Source: Selaginella moellendorffii (taxonomy: Eukaryota; Plantae; Lycopodiophyta). From it: a stretch of 64,000 bases of DNA. Of this stretch, positions 12,854-25,918 are shown in pieces. The notes beneath the pieces are model-generated. The model saw only the letters and a list, made by a program, of their open reading frames with translations. It made no database searches and was not told the origin of the DNA. The translations under genes and the position numbers were made by a program. The stretch is taken from the NCBI RefSeq assembly GCF_000143415.4, contig NW_003314261.1:6050822-6114821 (forward strand), written 5' to 3'. The stretch's first letter is position 1, and each line of letters begins with the position of its first letter.

Positions 12854-15800
12854 TTATTTGGGGCCAAACTGGACGGACTCCCATGTGAAAGGCGAGATGA
12901 AGCGCACTTCCACGGGGCTCTTGAGCAGCAGGCACACGCACACGCACACCGCCGCTATCGCCACCATGGACAGGATGAAGGGCCTGTACATGGGACCCCG
13001 AATGCCCGCAAAGTTTTGCCGGACAGGATGCTGCCCAGCTGCTGCTGCGACGCATTCGCTCCCGCAAGAAGCTGGAAGCAGCACCTTGGATCCTCCTGGA
13101 GTTTGAGTCGACGACGACGGCCATGGCGGCAGCTCGATGCTCAACGCGTTTTGGATCCAGTTAGTGGCTTGAGATGGAATAGACTTGCCTCTGGACGCCG
13201 CGATCTTGCTCCATACCAGCTGAATGTACGTGAAGTTCCCGTGAGACAGTGCACAGTCGAATGGAGACTGGCCGTTAATGTCTCGAGCGGAGTTCCAAGA
13301 TTGCAAGCCAACCTAAGGAACGAAAAACACAAAGTCATGGAAAGAAAAAGAAGACCAAGTTACCTGTGAAGCGTCACTCGTCAAGGCGGAAACGACTCGA
13401 TCCGCTCCTATCATGCACGCTGCGACGTGCAAAGCCGTCAGTCCCGCAGGCCCAGCCGTAGCGGCCGAGAATACGTAGCTCTCTTTTCTCTTCGCCACCG
13501 GGCTTTGATACGTCAAGAGGAACTCTACCATAGTGATGCTGTTCCGGCTTGTTGCCCTGTGGAGAAGGTTGACACTTTCTAATACGTCCGCAACGTCCTC
13601 CACCTTCCCGGTGCTCTGGAAGCTGTAGAGCGTGTCCAGGAGTGCCTTCACCACTGCACACCACTCGCGCTCCACCGCGAACATCAGCAGCCACTTCATC
13701 GTTGAGCTGCGGAGATCGCAATGATCTTGTTTCTTCATCAACTGCCAGTGTTGCTTCTGGAACACCCATCCCAGTTCATGCAAGAACCTGGACGTCTCGT
13801 GTTCTACAGCCAGCTCCACCAGATCAACGAAAGCCACAGAGTACTCCTCTGGGAACGCACAACTGTCTGCCATGGCCCCTGCTCTTGACGAAGCAATCTC
13901 TATATCCTCTTCCAAGCTTCGCACTTCGTCACAAATTGCATTGTCTGCAACCAAAACGGGTGCAAAGCTGCTGCCGCCATTGCGCTCCACCTGGAAAGCC
14001 CATCATGTCAAACGATGGATTACCATTTGTCATACGTTTGTACCTCAATGAAGCACCGGCCGATAGACTCGCACGGAGTGTGTGTGAAACACAAACTGCC
14101 TTCAGCATCCTCTTCGTTTGCGTCAATTTCGCTCCATGATTGAAGATTATATTCATCATGGAACGCACAGTAAATTCTACAACAGAAAATACTCTGTTAA
14201 CATCCCAAAAGACGTATGATCTTTTACCTCGTATCTGCACCAGCGAGGTCAACACCGTGCACCAAAAATCTTGTTTCCTCGTTTCTTACAGCTGCAAGAG
14301 GTCTAACAGCCAAAATTTCGGGAAAATCTCTTGATTTTAGGCTGACAGCTTGCACCTTCCCTACGTAAAATATAAAGAACAGGTTAAGAAGACACAAAAG
14401 CAGAACGCATACCATCGACTACATATGCAGATTGATCGCAAACTTGCACAAGTATCCGGCCTTTGTTCCAAAAGTCGGTAGGAGACGAATCAATTAGCCG
14501 CTTAAGATTCCCAAGTAGGTCATTGCAGAGCTGAGTTGAGCACAAAATGACAATAGAAATAAGATCCAAAAAACAAAGACAGCACACCTTTTGCCATGCA
14601 GAATTTGGCATAGATAAAAAGATAGCCAGTACAACGCAGCCAGGTCGAATGTAGCTTTCCATGTCGGAGGGAACATGTGAGAGCCATTCAAGAATCTAGC
14701 CAAAGCGAAAACTGGATTAGAATCAATAGCCTGTCTCCTTACCTGTGCTCGTAAGAGCTGCGGAAAATCACCAGGATTCCTGTCAAACAGCTTAAAAGAT
14801 ATCCTTCCCGTTCGCTCCTGTAAGAAGTCGCGTTAAAATCCTTCTAAGAAATAAACTCTTCGTTACCTGCCAATCAGCGTAGGAACTATCAGGCGATTGC
14901 TCGGAGCCCGATTGGGATTCACTTGACTGTTGAGAATGTCCAGCCTGAATAAACGATGTTGGAGGTACGGCAGGACTGGGAGGTCTATCGCGTGCTCCCA
15001 GAAGTCCAAGCAGTGATGGCCTGACTGCGTCTCTCGAGTCGGGAGCAACAGCAGCCTTATTGACAGCAGCAGCCACGGGCGATTGGAAAGGAAAAGGTTT
15101 ATGTCCTGACGGACCATCGACCTCAATTACGGAATGTGCCGGCCTTGACGTTGGTGGTGGCGGAGCATGACTTCCTCTTGGCAAGTAGTCGGTTCCGTTT
15201 TGCAGAGGTTGAGACACCACTGGCGCTGGTAGTTCCTTTGCCTGAGCTTTCAAGTTGTTCTGGAGCAAGACGGAGAACGCATCCAGCAAAGGTAAGCCCG
15301 GTAGGGCCGAGAGAACCTGAGCATCGTACGGTGACTTCACTTCAGGCTTTTGGCCGAAGCCATTGCCTTCCTTGCTACAGTCCCCCAGGGCAGTTGACAC
15401 GGACACGGCTCTTCTGAGATACTCGAGGGCCAGATCACGCTCCTGGACAGCGTTTGCTTTTTCAAGAGCGCTGGCTGCTGCAGGCAACTAACAGATTAAC
15501 ATCAAGATTCCCATCAAAATCTTGTGTACCTTGTAGTTGTGATAGAACTTGCAGCAGCTTCAGCAGCCCGGCACTTTTGCCAGCTACATCGTCTTCTGAC
15601 AGCAGGAAAGCTTGAGCTGCTGCGGCATCAGGCTGTGTCTTCCTCCTCCGCCTGTTGTGCCCGGCAAGTCTCCGTCGGCAGCTCCTTTTTCCTTCATCAA
15701 ACTCCTGAAGTGGATGAAATCTGAAAGGCAACACTTTCAATCCGAAAATCCATCAATAGAAACAAGTTTACCGGCTACATTGCTGGCAGAACCGCTGCAT

Positions 15801-16442
15801 GTTTCGTGACACGAGAGCCTTCGCGGCCTTGGAATGCATCTCGCAGACTTTATGGCGCCTGTGATAGTCCTTCGCATTGCTCAAGTCCGCCTTGCAATCG
15901 TCAACTTGACACATTGGATACTGCTGCTGCTGCGATTGTTGCTGTTGCTGCTGTGGCTGCTGTGGCTGCTGGCAGCTAGAACCAGGAGACGTCGACCTCT
16001 GCCGTTTCCCATTCCTAGCGGACTCGTCCGTAGACGAGTACGTACGACCACCCAACTTGAGCGTCAGGCACTCGGCATCGTCCTCGTCAGTGGATGATGC
16101 ATCCAATACGATTGTCTTGGTCGCATTCATTGGCGACGAGGCCAGCCATTCCTGATCGCGCTTTAAGCTGAGCCCAGTGGCAGGAGTAGCAGCATGGTGG
16201 TGGTGGTGGTCAAGTTGCGTGTTGGAACCAGCTTTGTCTGCCGACGAGGGCTGTGCCAGGAAGAGCAGGCTGTCCCAATTCCAGGCCTTGACATCCCAGT
16301 CATTCCTCTCAGGCCCCCGAGTCTCCACATAGCGCCCCCATTTCACCTCACCCGGGTCGGGCGCGAGGCTAAGATCCCCCCCTGGAAAGAACTGGTGCTG
16401 GTAGTAGCTCGTCCCCAAAGTCACGCCGGGCTCGCTCTCCAT
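12854..16442 (-). CDS. SPL: SQUAMOSA promoter-binding-like transcription factor, long SPL1/12/14-type (SBP domain, IRPGC motif, ankyrin region, C-terminal TM); multi-exon
   Basis: SBP domain [29 protein letters not shown]...RFCQQCSR|[27 protein letters not shown]. Also [21 protein letters not shown], ankyrin-like [12 protein letters not shown] and C-terminal [40 protein letters not shown] introns. Confidence 0.95.
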
Positions 16443-16915
16443 GGCCACGCCCAATTCGCCTCAATCCAAGCTCAAATTCTCGCCCCCAAGCTCATCGATC
16501 CCCCACCGACGACCGACAAGGACGGAAGAAACCCCAACTCCAAGCCTAGCGGGAGCTCGCCGCGGCAAAATTACGGGAGTATCCGCGGGCTATGGCAGCG
16601 CATTCTCGATCCCGGCCGCCGCGCCGGTGGAATCTGTCAAGAACACTACCTGTTGGCCGCGAGATCTAGCGCTTGGCGCCGCGCTCCGCCGCTCGTCGAT
16701 CCAGCAAAGCAAGTGGAGGAATGGAGAGACCTAAACCTAGCGCGAAACAGCCATGGTGGTACGAGAGAGGCTGTCAAGTCTGCCAGAGGTAGCAGCAACA
16801 AAGCGGACTAACACGCTATTGGTGGGCCTCGTTGGTACTGCACGGTAAAAGAAAAAAAAAACGTTCTAACCTAAAACCCTGCAGACCATTTTTTAGGGTT
16901 CCTCCGGGCGCGGTG
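16443..16915. promoter_or_regulatory. Short divergent promoter region between SPL and RPB3, with site II-like (TGGGCC) and telo-box-like (TTAGGGTT) motifs
   Basis: About 470 bp between divergent ATGs. TGGGCC near 16823 and ttagggtt near 16893. Confidence 0.5.
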
Positions 16916-18075
16916 ATGGAGGCTTCGTATCAGCGCTTCCCCACCGTCCGGATTCGCGACCTCAAGGATGATTTCCTCAAGTTCGAGCTGCGCGATACCG
17001 ACGCCAGCATTGCTAATGCGCTGCGCCGTGTGATCATTGCCGAGGTTCCGACCCTGGCGATCGACCTGGTGGAGATTGAGGCGAACTCGTCGGTCCTCAA
17101 TGACGAGTTCATCGCGCATCGTCTAGGTTTGATTCCTCTCACCAGCGACAAGGCCATGGAGATGCGCTACTCGCGGGACTGCGACGAATGCGACGGCGAT
17201 GGAAGGTATAGCTAAGCCTTTCTCTTCCATTTTTTTTGCTATCATCACACATGGCTCTAACCATTTTTTATTTTTTTGCAGGTGTGACTACTGCTCGATC
17301 GAGTTCACGCTGTCCGTGAAATGCACATCCGAGGAAACGCTGGATGTTACCAGCCATGATCTTCAAAGCTCGGATTCACAAGTTGTGCCAGTGGACTCGA
17401 TTGGACACGACCCGGACATCGAAAACTTCAACCAGAAAAAGTTGGTTGCGATTCTCTTTCCTTTTCATGCTTTTTCACTGACTTTGCTGCTTTGCACCTC
17501 AGGGGCATTCTCATTGTAAAACTCCGGAAAGGACAGGAGCTCAAGCTTCGTGCCATTGCCAGGAAAGGCATTGCCAAAGATCACGCCAAATGGTCGCCAG
17601 CGGCAACCGTGACGTTTCAGTATGAGCCTGACATCCACATCAATGAGAATCTCATGGAGACGCTGAGCGTGGAGGAGAAAAGAGAATGGGTCGATAGCAG
17701 CCCAACCAAAGTCTTTGAGATCAATCCAGAGACGCAGCAGGTCAGCCAGTCGAGCTTAGAGTTTGATAAGAAACTAAAGCTCAAAGCTTTGTTCCATAGG
17801 TGGAAGTGATCGACCCAGAGGCATACACTTATGATGACGAAGTGATCAAGAAAGCCGAAGCCATGGGAAAGCCTGGCCTTGTGGAGATCTATGGCAAGGA
17901 GGACAGCTTCATCTTCACAGTGGAATCCACCGGAGCGATCAAGGCTGCTCAAATGTTCCTGAATGCCATTGAGATCCTCCGCAGCAAGCTCGATGCGGTC
18001 AAGCTCAACTTTGGAAGCGACGAGGCAGACGAGCAATTTGGAGATCTTGGAGCACACATGCGTGGCGGCTTCTAA
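16916..18075 (+). CDS. RPB3: DNA-directed RNA polymerase II (IV/V) subunit 3
   Basis: [14 protein letters not shown]...[23 protein letters not shown]...[14 protein letters not shown]; Zn motif [14 protein letters not shown]; [31 protein letters not shown]; FIFTVESTG. Four exons. Confidence 0.96.
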
Positions 18076-19299
18076 AGTTGAGCTCGATAGGTTTGTAAAT
18101 TTTCTGAGGTAGAGATTTTCTAGTGGTTTACTGGTAGCTAGGAAGTATGCTCCTTTCTTTGCAGTTTGAAAAGAGAGACAATTGCTGGGCACATTCCTAT
18201 GGGAGACATGCAGAGATCGCGAAACAAAAAGAAACGAGATACTCCAGCTGCTGAGAACACGACTGTGTCTGAAGCTTTTTCTCTAGTTCCGGAGCATGTT
18301 GCTCTAAGCTTTTTCTCCGGAGTCTCAGCACGAATCTATTTCTCTAGATCACGTTGGTTGCTTAGCCAAGTAAGACATTACATTTGGTTTTAGACACTGG
18401 ATTATCGCTACCTGCAACGACGTGGTGGGAGTGAGAATGAGAAAAAAAAGAAGAAAAAAAAAGAGCGAAAGCGCTGTCGCTCGAGCTAGTTGTCACATTC
18501 ACTTTTGCTGTCTGCTACTCGAGCTATACGTAGGAAGCACATTCGGCTGGCCAGTTGTTCTGTTTTGCAGCGTTAATCCGTGCGTCAAGCAGCAACCCCA
18601 TTCACCAAAACGCACTCCATACCTCCCCTGTCAAATCCACGAACGAAGCGTCAGCTCTTAGAAGAACAAATCTGCTGCCGTTTTCGCCGCTCAAAGACCA
18701 GGAGTGGTGTCTCTACTGATTCTTCAAAGTAAATCCCATCTCTACCTGCAATCTTGCCGTGGCAAGGACCTTCGGTCGGGAGGAAATGCGGTACTTTCTG
18801 GTAGCCTTTCACAAGATGTACGATTGATTGAGATATTTTCCTTTAATTTCTTGCTGGAAGAATCTTGCTTCAACTCAGACAAGATCGCATCCAGGGCGTG
18901 GACAAGCCTGAGTTTACAGCAGAAGTCGAAACTGACCACGCAAAGATCCACAAGCTCCTCTTGACGAGATCTGCCTGATTGTGATGATACTCTAATTGTG
19001 GTGATGCTGAGGTTGCTCCAAAGCTAACTGCTTACCAAGTTCGCCACCTTGGAATGAAGAGAGAAGGAACTAGAGCAATTCCTTGAATTGATTTTTGATA
19101 CCAAAATCTTGGATGCACAAGCAAAACACAAATGCAATTTGAGGGAGAGAGACCAAATATTGAGGTTAATTTTTTAAAAAAAAATTGATAAGAAAAGCAA
19201 AAATATATATTGAAAGGTTAATTATATGGATTTTTTTCTTTCTTTTTTTGCATTCTAAATCTGGAATATTTTACACCAATCCATACCATCTTGATTAAA

Positions 19300-21100
19300 A
19301 ACATTCGTGAATATCATTATTAACACCTTCAATATCTCTAAAGTAAGTCCATTTTTAATTTCATTCTTTATATCATTTTGTTTAGAAAATCTTCTTTCGC
19401 ATGAAATAATATTAACTAAAATTGTCATACAAAGTTGCTATAGCCTCATAAAATCTGAGAATGCAAACGTGAAAATTGAATTTAAACATTTTTTTTTTTT
19501 TTGAAATATACTCTACCAAAGCTCCTTATATCTATAATCATGTCAAATATTATTCAAAGTTTTTCCTTCAGCTGATTTCAGCATTTTAATAAAATCATTT
19601 AACTTTTACATAACTTATATATCAATGATAATTTGATTATAATTGATTTTGTTGAAAAGATTTTCTAGTTGAAATCGAATTTATTTTCTCCTCTCTATTA
19701 AATCATCTAAAATTGAACAAGGATGAAAAATCTTCAGACTATTGAAGAATGAGAAATTTTCAAAACATCAGTTAAAACCATTAACCACTTCTTAAATGTA
19801 CTACTTTTCAATACTTTTTCAACCTTTAAGTGATTCTCTTCATATATCTAATATTGCATTCAAATCCAAAACTCTAGCTTTACAAAAGATTTCCTTATAT
19901 TTAAAACATGAGAAATAATATATCCATTTACCTAGTACTTTAGCTTTCTAGATTTAACAGCAGATAAAGAACTAGATAATAAAGTTGAATTTGTCCAGCA
20001 ATTTAACAAATACCTCTTCGAAATTTTTTGGATTGTTAAATCTAAAAAATTACTGATCATCACTAATGATGTCCTCTCATGTTGGAACGTTAGATTGAAT
20101 TTATTCAACTCTGTGAATATGTTAGCTAGGAAATGAGTAAGAAACTATACCTATAATAAATATATAAAAAAATTATTAAAAAATAGTTATAATAAAAAAA
20201 GGTTACAAGTATATTTGAAAGATTCTCAAAGTGTCATACCATTTGGGCAATTTAAATTGCCAAAGCTAGAAAATCACTAACAAAACTTTTATAAACTGTT
20301 TCATAATTTGCCCTTATGACAACTATTGCACCTTATGAATTTGTAACAAAGTTAATGGCTTATGATCATACCTTTCAAACAACTTCTCTCTTATAATAGA
20401 CCCTAGCATAGTGCTACATCCATCTATTGTCAAAACTACAAGTTTGTTCAAGTCTAGATTTAACCTCTCTACTACTTGAATTATGTTATTATAGACTGAT
20501 TTAGCTGTACTATCGTAAAAAGGTAACAATTGAATGAACCTTACAATTGGAACACCCCTTCCTTTGTCTATGAGATAACTTGTATAAAGAATTAGGTGTC
20601 GTTTAAATTGATTATTTATACTCTTCTGGGCTAGTCCACATGGCAGTTTTAAGCAGTCTATATGACAATTTATCAAGTTAAAAATAGGGCTTCCTTGCAA
20701 CTTTAAAAAAAAATCCTCTTTAATAGCATTTTTTATTGCAAGAACTTGAACCCTAAAGATTTGATGTTATAATGGTCAAACTATTTCCCTTTTTGAAATT
20801 GGATTCATATAAAAACTATATTTACACCACTTCAGAAATATAAAGTATCAGTTTTCTTGTAGCTCTAACAAAGCCTCTCAAATTTATATAATGGTATATT
20901 TAGAACAATAGAAGTATAACTCATTTTCATAACTTAATATAATTTTCCTTTCCTTCTGTGAAACCAAATTACCTACTAATTCCTCTATTCTCCCTTATTT
21001 ATCCTTTTCAAGTCTTCATTTGTAATCTCTATCCCTTTTTACAACTACATGACTACTAAAATTATCATGACCCTTCAAACCTTTAATTGAATAGTAGTAA
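19300..21100 (-). mobile_element. Degenerate hAT-superfamily transposase remnant
   Basis: Minus strand reads FIQLL...LDLNKLVVLTIDGCSTMLG (hAT core D motif, about 20400-20550) and SCERRFSKQNDIKNEIKNGLTLEILKVLIMI (hAT C-terminal dimerisation motif, about 19310-19405). Many stops, very AT-rich; TIRs not identified. Confidence 0.75.
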
Positions 21101-21885
21101 ATTCCACTCCATTAAAGACATTTATTTTCCTAATTTAGATACACCAAGCATAAAAAATTTGTAAACCCCTATGTAAAAGAATTGAGAACAGAAAAAGTTT
21201 AAATATATTATACCTTTATTGCCAATCTTAATAAAAACCTAATCAATTGGTTGAGAATTTTCAAAGTGGTTATTACTTCTTTGATATATGATCTTTTTCT
21301 TTTTGTGTTTCTTATATTAATGCTTCAATTACTTCTTCTTCCAAGGTTGTTTAGGCTTTTTTAAGCCAATTCAACAATAGGCCACACTTTTTCCTAAAAT
21401 TTATAAATTAAATGCATGAAAAGAGAAAACATTAAATGTATAATATGCATACCTTCTAAAACTAGATGATGACTCTTGTTGCCCCTTTATTTCTTCTTTG
21501 TAAAACTATACTTTAAACAAGATAATAATGGCATGCAATTTAAATTCCAATTGATTGAGAGAAAATGTCATTAAGAGTAATTTGGAATATTCATTATTCA
21601 TTAAAACAGGGAAAGAATATTTTAAAAGAATGTTTTACTCTTTGAAGAACAAGGGCTACCTTGAATGTTTTTTTTGGTAATTTCTACCCAATATTTAAAG
21701 GGTATTTTGAAAAAAACACCCATTTTTGCAAGGTAAAATGGCTCAAAAAAGGGCCAGAAGGGCATCAAGTTTTTGCCCCAATCAATGGAGAGAAGAATTG
21801 TCAAATGGAAAACTAATCTTTTTATTCTTTTCATATCATATTTCAATTTCAACTTTATTAGTCTTTAATTTAAAAATAAAGATCC

Positions 21886-22112
21886 TGAATCTGAAAGGCT
21901 TTAGTTGCAAAACTAGCAAGTTTCATGACATATGAACCTTTGGGGCCTTGGAATGCATCTTATAAACTATATGATGCCTGTGATAATTATTTGCATTGCT
22001 CAAGTCTACCTTGCTATTGTCAACTTAACACATTGAATACTGTTATTGTGCATTAACAGCTAAAACCAGTACATAACGACCTCTACTACTTCCCATTCCT
22101 GGTAGAGTCGTT
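21886..22112 (-). pseudogene. Mutated copy of the SBP-domain part of SPL exon 1
   Basis: Collinear with about 15800-16030 (ggccttggaatgcatct..gcctgtgata..gcattgctcaagtc..tcaactt.acacattg). Differences are mostly C>T/G>A; the poly-Q tract is absent. Confidence 0.85.
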
Positions 22113-23191
22113 AATAATAGCATGTGTTTATTCCAAGTCTCTTGTCAATTGGCTTCAACATTTATACCAAGTTGATTGTATGTGAAGCACCATTCACACT
22201 TCCCATACTCACTAAAATGCATTTACTTTTAATACTTCTGATGTGAAAATGTAGTACTTTCTGGAAATATCCCTTTTTTTAGAGCTCAAACTAGAACAAA
22301 GACATTGTGTGCCAAAGTAATAAGCTTTAGCATTCTTGTTTATGTGTGGCTTGATATGATCAAAAGCTTTTCCTCCAGCTAATACCATATTTTGGGAAGT
22401 GCCACAAAATTTAGAGTATGTGTTGCTCATGATCATGATGACAAAATACTAGGTGATTGTTCCAAAGAGGTATTAGTGAGGAAGAAGTTTCAATCTTGTC
22501 AAAACTTAGCACAAAAAAGATTATCTTGTACTCCTTTTGGGTGGTCTTATTGTGTATTGGGCACTTTTCCATTTTCCATTTTGTGACTGATTCACTAAAT
22601 GCATTTTATTCTTTTTATTTGTAACATGTTCTTTCTTGAACATCCCTTTTTGTGAACAGTAAATGGATGGGATGGTGAACATATTTTCCAAGCATCTTAA
22701 GGATCTAGCAGTTGGCTCACACTTCAGTTAATTTTTTAAAAATCAAATTATATTTTTCAGAATAAATGACCAGATGAAAAATTGATACTTGATTAAGAAA
22801 TGTTTTTATATCAACAAAAGCAGCCTTCTATAAATTATATCTCTAGAACATTAATATATTAGTTAAATATTGCTATATTTTTTAAGTTCCACCCCATAAT
22901 ACATTAGCTTCAGGAAAATTAAACATCCAGATAAAAATTTATTAATAGAAATTATAAAATATTTTAAATATGCTTTTAGCTAGTTTCTTTTTGCTTTCAA
23001 TATTAAACTTACTCTGAAGACTGATATTATGTTTAAAATAATAATTCCTAAAAAATTTATAGTTCTAAGTGAGCGTCTGCTTGTGGGAATTGAACCGGAT
23101 TTTTTCTGTAGCTCTAATCCTAAATAAGCTACGCTTACAACAGTTTGTTCTTGAAATTTAAAACGTTCCTGGAATTTAGAACGTTTTGTTC

Positions 23192-23589
23192 CTACGAGGA
23201 CGAAGCCATTGCCTGCTTCTGCGCCAAAGGGACCAGCCTTCTTCTCTTGCGTGGAGAAGTCGCAGCGGCTTGGAGTTCCTGGGCTCGGCTCTTCATCCCT
23301 TCTGCCGCACAATCTCTCGTTCCCTTCGCACTATCGCTGGAGTTGCCAAAGACTCGCGATCAACATCAAAAATCTTGCCTCACCTGTACCTGAATGGTGC
23401 GCTCACCCAGTACTCCTTGACCTTCAACGGCGCGTTCTCCAAATTCTCGGCCACCTCCCAGGACGCCGTTTCCACTGGCCAATCCCTCCAAAGCACCCTA
23501 TACTCTCGCTTGTTGCAGGCGTTGATCCTCGAGTCGATCACCTTTTCAACTTCCCATTCGGGGAACCCATTCACGAGAACGCACGCCAT
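23192..23589 (-). CDS. Small stand-alone chromodomain protein (about 115 aa, 2 exons) with basic NLS-like motif
   Basis: EWEVEKVIDSR...EYRVLWRDWPVETASWEVAENLENA is a canonical chromo pattern. A 47-nt GT-AG intron joins it in frame to SDSAKG...SPRKRRRLVPLAQKQAMASSS*. Confidence 0.7.
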
Positions 23590-23760
23590 TGCTCTACAAA
23601 CCCTTAGACCCTTTTTATAGTTTAGTTCGAATCAAAAGGCATATAAACCATTAAAGAACGCATATCCCCGTGCACATTCCTGGCATATGCCTAAAGGGCA
23701 CTTCGCGTTTTAAAAGAGGGGAAAGCGGTTCCCTTGGCAGCATAGGGTTTCGAAGGGACG

Positions 23761-24755
23761 ATGTCCCCAATGGCTGCCACCGATCGCGATGAATGCCCCG
23801 GGAGCCCATCCAAGGCGCGGCGATTGCTCCAGAAGGCCTACAATCTGGTGGACTACCACGCGCTCCCCGATTATCTCCGCGACAACGAGTACATCCTCAA
23901 GCACTACAGGGTGAATTGGCCGCTCAAGCAGACGATCCTCAGCATGTTCTCCATCCACAACGAGACACTGAACTTCTGGACGTAAGTATCGCGATCCCTT
24001 TCCCCCTTTTTCCATCGCGCGACTGACGGCACCCCTTTTCTTGCTCCAGGCACTGCGTGGGATTCCTCCTCTTCGTCTTCCTCACCATCAACGTGATCCT
24101 GACGGTGGAAATCCCCACCCTGGTGGCCGAGCTCCTCCACGCACCGACCGCGCGCTGGCCGATCTACACATTCCTGGGCGGTGCCATGTTTTGCCTCTTC
24201 TCCAGCAGCGTCGCCCACCTCCTGGGCTGCCACTCGGAGAGGGCCTCGTATTTGCTCCTCCGCCTCGACTACGCAGGGATCGCATCGCTCATCTCCACCT
24301 CCTTTTATCCGCCGGTCTACTACTCGTTCATGTGCTCGCCGCTGTGGAGAAACCTCTACCTGGCGGTGATAACGCTCTTGGGCGTTCTCGCCATACTGGT
24401 ATCGCTGCTGCCGGTGTTCCAGACGGCCGCCTACCGCCCCGTTAGGGCGGCGCTGTTTGTGGCCATGGGCGTGTCGGGCGTGGCGCCGGTGGTCCACAAG
24501 ATTTTCCTCCATGGCAACCAGCCGGTCATAGTGTTGACCACCGTCTATGAGCTTTTTATGGGGCTGTTCTACGGCATGGGCGCGCTCGTTTACGTGACTA
24601 GGGTTCCTGAGAGGTGGAAGCCCGGGAGGTTTGATATCGCCGGCCATAGCCACCAGCTTTTCCACGTGTTGGTGGTGGCCGGGGCGTACACTCACTACCG
24701 TGCGGGATTGCTCTATCTCCAGTGGAGGCACTCCAATGGATGTGGCATGGTGTGA
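23761..24755 (+). CDS. HHP: Heptahelical transmembrane protein (PAQR/AdipoR/hemolysin-III family), 2 exons
   Basis: LPDYLRDNEYILKHYR, SIHNETLNFWTH, SSVAHLLGCHS, RLDYAGI, PERWKPGRFDIAGHSHQLFHVLVV. Intron at about 23982-24049. Confidence 0.93.
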
Positions 24756-25337
24756 TTGGTCCTAATTCTTCTCTCAGCTTGAGAAGATTTTAGGTTGATG
24801 GAAAGTTTAGAACAACTATGTTTTCTCATGCTGAGATGCTAGTTTTTAAAAACCATGTCTTCTGAGCATTGTAAGGGCATTTTTGCTAGTATCTAGCAAC
24901 TTGGCTAGCTGCAAAATGTAGAGATGTTTTGATTATATGGAGAACATGAGCATTCTAAAAGTTGTAAGTACTGAGATGTTGTACTGAAACATTGTTTTCC
25001 ATGGTTCCAATTTGGACAAGCAAGCTGTGATAGCACGGACACGATTTCCAATACAGTGTACGCGACCCCTTTGACCTTTCCGTTTGATCATTTCCAGGGG
25101 GTCTCCTTGCAAATTGTCAAGGCGATCGTGGCCTCGCACGCCGTGCATGATCGTTCGTTACAAGTATGCCATGTTTTGTGGCCCCGGAAGCCAGACGTCT
25201 CCGCGGGTGTGGTGTATATAAACTCCACACGCAATGCATCGAAACAGCAAAGGCTTTCTCGTTTCCTCGCAGGATCTACCAATTCTCTGGCAGGATCTAT
25301 CGAGTTTCTCGCAGGATCTATCAATCCGGAAGAACCA

Positions 25338-25763
25338 ATGGCGGGATCGAGGCCAATGCTGATGGGATTCCTCGCGATTCTCCTCCTCTCGTCCTTGATC
25401 TCGTCCTCTCTCGCCAGCACCACCAAGTCTCCATCTCCGCCACCTAGCAAAGAGGAGGAATGGTCCCGTCCAAGCAAGGACGAGTGGTTCTGGGGTGGAA
25501 GACGTCCGGCGACTTGCGATAGGAAGCCCGCGATTTGCTTGGATGGGAGGTACAATCCCGCCGGGCCTACGTGTTGCAACAGGCAGTGCGTGGATATTCT
25601 CACCAATAGAAACTACTGTGGGAGCTGCTGGAATAGATGCCCCTGGGGATATTCCTGTTGCAGAGGTCGCTGCGTCAATCTCCTTCGCGACAGTCGCAAC
25701 TGCGGCAAATGTGGCCGCGTGTGTAAGAACAAGCGCTGCGACTATGGCTTGTGTGGCTACTAG
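25338..25763 (+). CDS. STIG1-family secreted cysteine-rich protein
   Basis: Signal peptide MAGSRPMLMGFLAILLLSSLISSSLA, then CC..CVDILTNRNYCGSCWNRC..SCCRGRCVNL..DSRNCGKCGRVC..CDYGLCGY. TATA-like TATATAAA near 25216. Confidence 0.88.
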   Translation: MAGSRPMLMGFLAILLLSSLISSSLASTTKSPSPPPSKEEEWSRPSKDEWFWGGRRPATCDRKPAICLDGRYNPAGPTCCNRQCVDILTNRNYCGSCWNRCPWGYSCCRGRCVNLLRDSRNCGKCGRVCKNKRCDYGLCGY

Positions 25764-25918
25764 CGGGGAGAATTTACCGATCTTCTTGGCAGCTAGTTTT
25801 ACTATCTACTCGTGTTAATAGCAATTCTTTCTCTTACCCCGAGTCTCTGCAAATGCAATGGAAATAAATATTTTGTGCTCTTGTGCCGCGGGGTCTAGGG
25901 TTTTGATTCTCCGCGAGG

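Noticed and set aside
12854-16442. miR156/529 target site in SPL
   Set aside because: No GTGCTCTCTCTCTTCTGTCA-like site seen; this long SPL class generally lacks it.
23904-24731. 275-aa antisense ORF over HHP
   Set aside because: A shadow frame of a GC-rich CDS with no recognisable motif.
25056-25337. N-terminal extension of the STIG1 ORF
   Set aside because: Non-ATG start, spans the TATA-like box and a short 5' UTR repeat; the signal peptide starts at ATG 25338.
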